Source: an uncultured delta proteobacterium (GTDB lineage Bacteria; Desulfobacterota; Desulfovibrionia; Desulfovibrionales; Desulfovibrionaceae). Taken from it: a stretch of DNA of 24,000 bases. The stretch is taken from assembly GCA_903843965.1 (NCBI GenBank), contig CAIMRY010000025.1, positions 44,622-68,621 on the forward strand, given 5' to 3'. A program made the translations under genes and the position numbers. Below are positions 10,913 through 17,353 of the stretch, in pieces (positions within the stretch are counted from its first letter, which is position 1; every line of letters begins with the position of its first letter). A model generated the notes under the pieces. The model ran no database searches and was not told the DNA's origin. It worked only from the letters and a program-made list of their open reading frames with translations.

Positions 10913-10988
10913 TCCCCGGTAGCTCAATCGGCAGAGCGGGTGGCTGTTAACCACTAGGTTCGCGGTTCAAGTCCGTGCCGGGGAGCCA
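10913..10988 (+). tRNA. tRNA-Asn (anticodon GTT at 10946-10948), CCA encoded
   Basis: TCCCCGG/CCGGGGA acceptor stem, D-loop AATCGGCA, anticodon loop CTGTTAA, T-arm CGCGG-TTCAAGT-CCGTG, 3' GCCA. Confidence 0.96.
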
Positions 10989-10998
10989 AAGAGAGCAA

Positions 10999-11033
10999 GG
11001 GCTCCAGATGACAGTCTGGGGCCCTTTTTCTTT
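10999..11033 (+). terminator. Rho-independent terminator downstream of tRNA-Asn
   Basis: GGGCTCCAGA-TGACAG-TCTGGGGCCC (10-bp stem with one G:T pair) followed by TTTTTCTTT. Confidence 0.9.
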
Positions 11034-11120
11034 GTCTGGCGGTTGTGCCCCGCTCTTACGCAGTCCCACGGGCACCGCTCCTGGCCTGGCGGAGCAGACG
11101 AGCCAGCGGCAGGCCCCCTC

Positions 11121-11294
11121 CTAGGTCTTACGAATTAGCGCCTGCGTGCACCAAGTCGTCTCATTCCCGTAGAGATCATGCTGCGTGGCCGTCGAGACAC
11201 CGCCCAGCGGCTCCCAGCCTTGCTGGAGAAGCCTGTTCACTTCAGCTTCCAGATCCTTAGACGCATCATGCAACAGTTTGTATTCCAAAGCCAT
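11121..11294 (-). CDS. Small DUF1737-like protein
   Basis: MALEYKLLHDASKDLEAEVNRLLQQGWEPLGGVSTATQHDLYGNETTWCTQALIRKT matches the short 'Y.l......L...VN.ll..GW.p.GG........QAl.r' family pattern. Confidence 0.7.
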   Translation of the reverse strand: MALEYKLLHDASKDLEAEVNRLLQQGWEPLGGVSTATQHDLYGNETTWCTQALIRKT

Positions 11295-11753
11295 GCCACC
11301 CTCCTTGATCACGCACACTGAAGCGCTGCCCGCGTTCCACGTTGCCGGTGGCGTTGCGCAGGCACATTGCCACCGCTCGCCAATCTCATAACTTCCTGCT
11401 ATTCAATTGCCTGACGAGCGGCAAGATTATTATGGCCTGCCGCCAGCGGGTGTCCTCATGGCGTGATTCGCCTGCGTCCCCCCTAGCCTGGCTCCAACAT
11501 GGCGGAATTCCTGGTCCGGGCCCAGGTGGGCACGGCAAACCCGGCAACGCCGGCAGGGACGTCTGCGCGCGCCGGGACCGCCGCCCATGACCTGGGGGAG
11601 GCGGTTCTTTGGAGTTGAATTGAGACTCCTGATAACGTAGAGCTACGTAATCTCGGAACGAGAATACCCCAGGATCTGGCTTGTCATGCATGTTTGAGGA
11701 TCCGACGCCCTTGCGCGGACCCCAACACCAAACCCTCTTGCCGGAGAAAACCC

Positions 11754-12548
11754 ATGGCCGCGAAGAATTCCGTGCTGTCCGCGCTTGATGCTGATCTGTC
11801 GATCCGTGTCCTGAACCAGATTCCCACCCCGGTCATGGCCGTGGACAAAGACTTCAAGATCGTCTTCATGAACGAGGCCGGGTGCACTCTTTTGGGCCTG
11901 CCCCTGGACGAGATCACCCGGTTCAAATGCTCGGAGCTTATGAACTCCCTGCACTGCGGCACGCCGGAATGCCGCATGAATCAGGCCATGGACAACGGAA
12001 TCTGCGGCACTGCGCGCAACGAGGTGAACATCGACGGTCGAGCCGTGCCCATTGCGCCCTTAAAGGATGATGCGGGCAACATCATCGGCGGCGTGGAATA
12101 TGTCATCGACATCACCAGCCGCGTGCGCGACGAGCAAAAGCTGCGCGAGCAGAGCCGCACCATCATGGAGATCTCCACCCCGGCCATCAGCCTGTGGGAG
12201 GGCATCGTGGTGCTGCCCGTGGTCGGCGTGGTGGACTCCATGCGCGCCCAGCAAATGATGAACACCATGCTCGCCAAGATCAAGGAGAGCTCGGCCAAGA
12301 TCATCATCCTGGACATCCAGGGCGTGGCCGCAGTCGATACCGCCGTGGCCAACCACCTGATCAAGATCACCAAGGCCACCAAGCTCATGGGCTGTCGCTG
12401 CCTGATCTCCGGCATCTCCCCGGCTGTGGCCGAGACCCTGGTGCAGCTCGGCATCGACCTGGGCGACGTGGCCACCAACGCCACCCTGAAGGACTCCCTG
12501 GGCGAGGCCTTCGAGCTGCTGCGTTACGAAGTGCGCAAGTCCAAGTAG
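11754..12548 (+). CDS. PAS-STAS protein, RsbR-like stressosome scaffold/sensor
   Basis: N-terminal PAS (LNQIPTPVMAVDKDFKIVFMNEAGCTLLGLP), C-terminal STAS (ISLWEGIVVLPVVGVVDSMRAQQMMNTMLAKI...IILDIQGVAAVDTAVANHLIKITKATKLMGCRCLISGISPAVAETLVQLGIDLGDVATNATLKDSLGEAF) with RsbR-type DT and S/T sites. ATG at 11754 with an upstream CCGGAGA RBS. Confidence 0.92.
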   Translation: MAAKNSVLSALDADLSIRVLNQIPTPVMAVDKDFKIVFMNEAGCTLLGLPLDEITRFKCSELMNSLHCGTPECRMNQAMDNGICGTARNEVNIDGRAVPIAPLKDDAGNIIGGVEYVIDITSRVRDEQKLREQSRTIMEISTPAISLWEGIVVLPVVGVVDSMRAQQMMNTMLAKIKESSAKIIILDIQGVAAVDTAVANHLIKITKATKLMGCRCLISGISPAVAETLVQLGIDLGDVATNATLKDSLGEAFELLRYEVRKSK

Positions 12549-12590
12549 CATGGCTGGCAAAAAGGCCTGCTTTTTCGCGGAGCATCGCCC

Positions 12591-13073
12591 ATGATCGACC
12601 AGGCTTTCGCCAGCCATGGCATGCACGTCATCGACGGCGTGCTTGTGGCCCAGGCTCCAGACAGCATTGAGGACGCGTCCCTGCGCCAGTTTCAGTCCGG
12701 GCTGCTCAGCCGGGTGCACGCCACCTCGCCGCGTGGCGTCATCCTCGACGTCTCGCGCGTGCGGCTCCTGGACTCCACCTCCTACGCGCTCTTGGCCGAC
12801 GCGGGCCGCATGGCGGCCATGCTCGGGGCGCGGGTGATCTTCGTGGGCTTCCAGCCCGGCGTGGTCTCGGCCCTGATGGACCTGGACGTGGACGTGGGCG
12901 CCCTGATCACGGCGCGCACCCTGGAGGACGGCATGGAGCTTATACGCCCGGCCCTGCGGGTAATCGAAGAGGACCCGGAGGAACAGGCCTCGGACGATTA
13001 CAAGCCGGAGGACGCCGCTGCAGGGGACGGGCAGTCCCAGACCGAGCCCGGCCAGGAGACCAAGACCCCATGA
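12591..13073 (+). CDS. STAS-domain protein, RsbS-like antagonist, with acidic C-terminal extension
   Basis: VIDGVLVAQAPDSIEDASLRQFQSGLLSRVHATSPRGVILDVSRVRLLDSTSYALLADAGRMAAMLGARVIFVGFQPGVVSALMDLDVDVG; lies between RsbR-like and RsbT-like genes. Confidence 0.88.
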   Translation: MIDQAFASHGMHVIDGVLVAQAPDSIEDASLRQFQSGLLSRVHATSPRGVILDVSRVRLLDSTSYALLADAGRMAAMLGARVIFVGFQPGVVSALMDLDVDVGALITARTLEDGMELIRPALRVIEEDPEEQASDDYKPEDAAAGDGQSQTEPGQETKTP

Positions 13074-13489
13074 CCCCGGCGCGCATCAGCGAAGAAGTAC
13101 ACATCGACCTCGCCCTGCCCTCGGACAACGCCGGGGCCATCTGCACGGCCAAGCGGCTGGCCGGGCAGGCGGGCTTCGACGAGGCCGGGCAGAGCCTCAT
13201 CGCCACAGCGGTGTCCGAGCTGGCCACCAACATCCTGCGCTATGGCGGCGGAGGCGAGGTGGTGCTGCGCCTGATCCATGAGCCGGGACGCAGCGGCATG
13301 GAGATCCTGGCCGAGGACCACGGCCCCGGCATCCGCAACATCGAGAGGGCCATGCAGGACCACTTCAGCACCGGCAAGAGCCTGGGCCTGGGCCTGCCCG
13401 GCGTCAAAAGGCTCATGGACGAGTTCTTCATCAACTCCAAGCCCGGCGTGGGCACCCTGTGCATCGCCCGCAAGTGGAGGCGGCTCTAG
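13070..13489 (+). CDS. RsbT-like serine/threonine kinase (HATPase/GHKL family)
   Basis: SLIATAVSELATNILRYGGGGEVVLRLI...GMEILAEDHGPGIRNIERAMQDHFSTGKSLGLGLPGVKRLMDEFFINSKPGVGT: N box, G1 (DHGPGI) and G2 (SLGLGLPG) present. ATGA overlap with the rsbS-like gene. Confidence 0.93.
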   Translation: MTPARISEEVHIDLALPSDNAGAICTAKRLAGQAGFDEAGQSLIATAVSELATNILRYGGGGEVVLRLIHEPGRSGMEILAEDHGPGIRNIERAMQDHFSTGKSLGLGLPGVKRLMDEFFINSKPGVGTLCIARKWRRL

Positions 13490-14077
13490 ATGGGTACCGT
13501 CGACTGTCACCTGGTCCTGAAGCCCCTGACCGGGCTCTTGGAGGAATGCGGCGACACGGGAGTGGTCGTCGCGGGCGAGGCGTCCTGCTTCGCGGCCCTG
13601 GTTGACGTGCTGGGCCACGGACCAGAGGCGCGCCAGTCGGCCATCGTGGCCGAAACCTTTCTGCCGGGCTGCGCCGGGGCGGACCTGACCGTCTCGCTCA
13701 AGGGCTTGCACGAAAAGCTGCGGCGTGGGCGCGGGGCCGTGGCCACCCTGCTGGAGCTTGATCTCGCCAGCGGTGAGTTGCTGGTGGCGGGAGTCGGGAA
13801 CATCACCACCCGCGTCTTCGGCGTCGAGCATACCCGCGTGCTCCCGCGCGACGGCATCGTCGGTTATTCCATGAGCACCCCGCGCGTGCAGCGTCTGCGC
13901 CTGCGCATCGGCGATGTGGTCCTGCTCTATTCCGACGGCATCCGCGAGTCCTTTGAGCTGCACGACTGCCCCGGCCTGCTTGCGGGCAGCGCCAAGGAGA
14001 TCGCCGAGCGCGTCATGAAGGCCTTCCGCAAACAGGACGACGACGCCTCGTGCCTGGTGCTGAGGTACACGGCATGA
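13490..14077 (+). CDS. PP2C/SpoIIE-type phosphatase, RsbX-like
   Basis: 195 aa; ALVDVLGHGPEARQSA, VGNITTRVF, VLLYSDGIRESF, DDDASCLVLRY; directly follows the rsbT-like gene. Confidence 0.88.
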   Translation: MGTVDCHLVLKPLTGLLEECGDTGVVVAGEASCFAALVDVLGHGPEARQSAIVAETFLPGCAGADLTVSLKGLHEKLRRGRGAVATLLELDLASGELLVAGVGNITTRVFGVEHTRVLPRDGIVGYSMSTPRVQRLRLRIGDVVLLYSDGIRESFELHDCPGLLAGSAKEIAERVMKAFRKQDDDASCLVLRYTA

Positions 14078-16107
14078 TCCCCCTGGGCGAATTTCTGGTC
14101 GAGGACGAGGTGACCTTCAACGAGTCGCGGCGAAAGGTCCTGCGGCTGGCCCAGGCCCTGGGCTTTGACGAGATCGGGGCCACCCGGCTGGCTATGGCCT
14201 ATTCCGAGCTTTGCCGCCTGGGCGTGGACCGGCCCGGCGGCGTGCGGACGCACCTCGGCCTTGAGGAGCAGCCTGGCGGCCTGGCCTTGGGCGTCGACTT
14301 CGCCTTCAGCGCCAATACCGGCGCGCCGCTTGTAGCGGACGCATTCTTTCGTTCCTTCACGGCCATTCCCGGCGCAGCCTGGTCCTACCGGGGCCTGTTG
14401 CCCCTGCCGGACCACTGCTTCCGCCTCGACGAGGAGCTGCTGGAGAGCCTGCGCAGTCGTCTGGCCCATCCCTCGCGCGAGGAGCTGCTGCGCGACCTGA
14501 GGAACAAGAACGCCGCGCTGGAACAGGAGATCACCAAGCGCATGCAGAGCGAGGAGGAGATCAAGCGCCAGCGCACCCTGCTGGACACCCTGGTCAACTC
14601 TCTGCCGCAGCTCATCTACTCCAAGGACACAAGCGGCACGTACCAGATCGTCAACAACGCCCTGTGCGAGATGCTGGGCCTGCCCGTCTGGGAGGTCCTG
14701 GGCAAGAACGCCAGCGAGCTCTTCCGCCCGGAAACGGCGGAGCGCATCAACCGCGCCGACCACAGGACCTTCACGGAGAAGCATCTCACCACCGAGGTGG
14801 ACTGGCGCACCTACCCTGATGGCCGCAAGGCGATCTTCGACATCATCCGTGTGCCCGTGCTGGACGAGCAGGGCGAGGCCACGGGCCTGGTCGGAGCCTT
14901 CACCGACATCACCGAGCGCATGCGCATGGAAGAGGCTGTGCGCGAAAGCGAGGTCAAGTACCGCGAGCTGGTGGAGAACGCCAACAGCATCATCCTCAAG
15001 CTGGACATGGACGGACGCATCACCTTCTTCAACGAGTTCGCCCAGAAGTTCTTCGGCTTTACGCCAGAGGAGATCCTGGGCCAGAGCATCGTCGGCACCA
15101 TCGTGCCCGAGAGCGAGTCCACAGGCCGCGACCTTGCGGCCTTCATCCAGGATCTGGTCAGGAACCCTGGCCAGCACGCCCGCAACGAGAACGAAAACGT
15201 CACCAAGGACGGCGAGCGCGTCTGGGTGGGCTGGACCAATCAGGCCCTGCGCGACGACGCCACCGGCCAAGGCCTGGGCGTGCTCTGTGTGGGCTCGGAC
15301 GTTACGGCCCAGAAGATCGCCCAGCTGCAGCGCGACGAGGCCCTGGAGCTCATCTCCGGAAGCATCCGCTACGCCAGCCGCATCCAGCAGGCCGTGCTGC
15401 CCGCGCCGGAGTTCCTGGCCGCGCTCTTCGCCGAGCATTTCGTGCTCTGGCAGCCACGCGACGTGGTCGGCGGCGACATCTTCTGGAGTGTGCCCTGGGG
15501 CCAAGGCGGCCTGTTCGTTTTGGGCGACTGCACCGGCCACAGCGTGCCCGGGGCCTTCATGACGCTGATCACCACCGGGGCCCTGGCCAAGGCCCTGCGC
15601 GACGTGGAGCCCGGCGACGTGGCCGGGCTGGTCAGCCACACCCACCAATTGGTGCAGACGGGCCTGGGCCAGCATGTGGACACCGGCGGCTCGGACGACG
15701 GCATGGAGCTGGGCGTCTGCTACATCCCGCAGGATAGGGCCAACCTGCGCTTCTGCGGGGCGCGCTTCAGTCTGTTCCTGCTGGAGAACGGCGAGGTGGC
15801 CGAGCACAAGGGCGACCGCAGAGGCATCGGCTACCGGGGCATCTCCCTGGACTTCCCCTTCACCGCTCAGGACTTCGCCCTCGCCCCTGGCCAGCGCTTC
15901 TTCCTGACCAGCGACGGGCTGCTGGACCAGATCGGCGGGGAGCGCAGGCGCAGCTATGGCAAGAAACGCTTTATGGAGCTGCTTGTCGGGCTCTGCGGCC
16001 AGCCCCTTGCGACGCACCCGGAGCGCATCATGGAGAGCCTGCGCGCCTATCAGGGCCAGGAGAAGCGCCGCGACGACGTGTCCGTGGCGGGCTTTCGGGT
16101 GGTCTGA
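14074..16107 (+). CDS. Multidomain PP2C phosphatase (RsbU/SiaA-like): RsbT-like N-terminal segment, two PAS domains, C-terminal SpoIIE-type PP2C
   Basis: Start at ATG 14074 (ATGA overlap). PAS1 (LLDTLVNSLPQLIYSKDTSGTYQIVNNALCEMLGLP), PAS2 (VKYRELVENANSIILKLDMDGRITFFNEFAQKFFGFTPEEILG), PP2C (QPRDVVGGDIFWSVPWGQGGLFVLGDCTGHSVPGAFMTLI...FFLTSDGLLDQIGGERRRSYGKKRFMELL...RRDDVSVAGFRVV). Confidence 0.9.
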   Translation: MIPLGEFLVEDEVTFNESRRKVLRLAQALGFDEIGATRLAMAYSELCRLGVDRPGGVRTHLGLEEQPGGLALGVDFAFSANTGAPLVADAFFRSFTAIPGAAWSYRGLLPLPDHCFRLDEELLESLRSRLAHPSREELLRDLRNKNAALEQEITKRMQSEEEIKRQRTLLDTLVNSLPQLIYSKDTSGTYQIVNNALCEMLGLPVWEVLGKNASELFRPETAERINRADHRTFTEKHLTTEVDWRTYPDGRKAIFDIIRVPVLDEQGEATGLVGAFTDITERMRMEEAVRESEVKYRELVENANSIILKLDMDGRITFFNEFAQKFFGFTPEEILGQSIVGTIVPESESTGRDLAAFIQDLVRNPGQHARNENENVTKDGERVWVGWTNQALRDDATGQGLGVLCVGSDVTAQKIAQLQRDEALELISGSIRYASRIQQAVLPAPEFLAALFAEHFVLWQPRDVVGGDIFWSVPWGQGGLFVLGDCTGHSVPGAFMTLITTGALAKALRDVEPGDVAGLVSHTHQLVQTGLGQHVDTGGSDDGMELGVCYIPQDRANLRFCGARFSLFLLENGEVAEHKGDRRGIGYRGISLDFPFTAQDFALAPGQRFFLTSDGLLDQIGGERRRSYGKKRFMELLVGLCGQPLATHPERIMESLRAYQGQEKRRDDVSVAGFRVV

Positions 16108-16411
16108 CCCGGGTTGGGGCCAACAGGATGAATTTTCTGGATTGGCTCTCAGGCTGTGTTTCGTGCACAAAGAGAATGATGCGGACCAGTGGAGACCTAA
16201 GCTGGCACGCTCAAGACCCGATCCGGCGGCGCTCCCCAAAGAACGCTTCCGGCGGTCTGGTCGAACCCCCAGGCTGGCCGAAGTCTGGCCGCAGTCGGGC
16301 CGGAATCGGGCCGGAACCTCGCCAGGCCAACCTGGCTCCGGCCTTTGAACGAGGGCTCCTGGACAGCGTGTCCGAAATCTGTCAGCCCCCCCTGTGGAAT
16401 CGGAGGAACAC

Positions 16412-16957
16412 ATGCTCGCCAATGAAATGTTCGACCTGCGCAACACCCTGGACCAGCAGGGCATCACCTTCTGTTACTCCGGCTACATGACCGAGGCCAT
16501 ATTGTTTGGCATCGGCAACGCCATCAAGACCCACATGGAGATCGGCGACGCCGACGCCAAGCTGGCCAAGGGCGTCTTCGCCGTGTTCGTGGAGCAGGTG
16601 CAAAACGTCATCCGCTACTCCGCCGAGAAGGTCGGCAAGGAGGACGCCTCCGAGTTGCGCTACGGCATCCTGACCGTGGGCACCATGGGCGAAAAGCCCT
16701 TTGTGGCCTGCGGCAACATGATCGAGATCAAGGACGCCGACCGCCTGCGGGACTCGCTCACGCACATCAAGGGCCTGGACAGGGACGGCCTCAAGGCGCT
16801 GTGGAAAGAGACCCTGCGCGGGGAGGTCCCGGAAGGCAGCAAGGGCGCCGGCGTGGGCTTCATCGACATCGCCCGGCATGCACGCGGCGGCATCGATTTC
16901 GACTTCCGCACGGTTGACGATGCGTACGTCTTCTTCACTCTCAAAGCACTTCTATAG
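16412..16957 (+). CDS. SiaB-like family protein kinase (DUF6272)
   Basis: 181 aa from ATG 16412 with CGGAGGA RBS; MFDLRNTLDQQGITFCYSGYMTEAILFGIGNAIKTHME...VFAVFVEQVQNVIRYSAEK...GVGFIDIARHARGGIDFDFRTVDDAYVFFTLKALL. Confidence 0.85.
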   Translation: MLANEMFDLRNTLDQQGITFCYSGYMTEAILFGIGNAIKTHMEIGDADAKLAKGVFAVFVEQVQNVIRYSAEKVGKEDASELRYGILTVGTMGEKPFVACGNMIEIKDADRLRDSLTHIKGLDRDGLKALWKETLRGEVPEGSKGAGVGFIDIARHARGGIDFDFRTVDDAYVFFTLKALL

Positions 16958-16970
16958 CAGGGACACACCC

Positions 16971-17351
16971 ATGAACACACTCCACATGCCAGCCACCGAG
17001 CGCACCCCTGAACTCCTGTTCGATTTCGCGGCCAACACCTTTTCGCTCAAGGGCGAGTCCTATCCGGAAAACATCGCCGAGTTCTACAGCAGTCCCGTGG
17101 GCCAGCTCAAGGAGCACCTGACCGCCCAGAAGGGCCAGAAGATCACCTTCCAGTTCGAGCTGCCCTACTTCAACAGCTCCAGCGCCAAGATCATCCTTGG
17201 CCTGTTCTCCATGCTGGAGCAGGCGGCCGTGGACGGCAACAAGGTGCTCATCACCTGGACCTGCGAGGAAGGCGACGACATGCAGGAGATGGGCGAGGAG
17301 TTCGCCGAGGACCTCGACGCCGCCAAGTTCGAACTGAAGTTCCTGGGCTAG
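16971..17351 (+). CDS. SiaC-like regulatory phosphoprotein (DUF1987)
   Basis: 126 aa; ATERTPELLFDFAANTFSLKGESYPENIAEFYSSPVGQLKEHL...ITFQFELPYFNSSSAKIILGLFSMLEQA: hallmark 'L.YFN(T/S)SS.K' motif. Confidence 0.9.
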   Translation: MNTLHMPATERTPELLFDFAANTFSLKGESYPENIAEFYSSPVGQLKEHLTAQKGQKITFQFELPYFNSSSAKIILGLFSMLEQAAVDGNKVLITWTCEEGDDMQEMGEEFAEDLDAAKFELKFLG

Positions 17352-17353
17352 CC

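Noticed and set aside
11489-11503. Sigma-54-like TGGCTCCAACATGGC
   Set aside because: Matches GG/GC spacing but only 8 of 11 informative consensus positions, about 250 bp from the rsbR-like start; expected by chance in GC-rich DNA.
10913-11640. tRNA-Asn as an integration site for a genomic island containing the signalling cluster
   Set aside because: No integrase and no recognisable duplicated tRNA 3' end (attR-like repeat) found in the window; only the position is suggestive.
11386-11691. 101-aa minus-strand ORF MHDKPDPGVFSFRDYVALRYQ...
   Set aside because: Pro/Gly/Arg-rich, no clear RBS or family pattern; more likely non-coding intergenic sequence.
16203-16217. TGGCACG (-24-like) in the siaA-siaB gap
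   Set aside because: The -24 half is good but the -12 half (AAGAC) does not match TTGC at the required spacing.
13927-16467. 846-aa ORF on the minus strand
   Set aside because: Antisense to the PAS/PAS-PP2C gene; low-complexity His/Ala/Gln/Gly-rich translation typical of shadow ORFs in high-GC DNA, with no recognisable domain.
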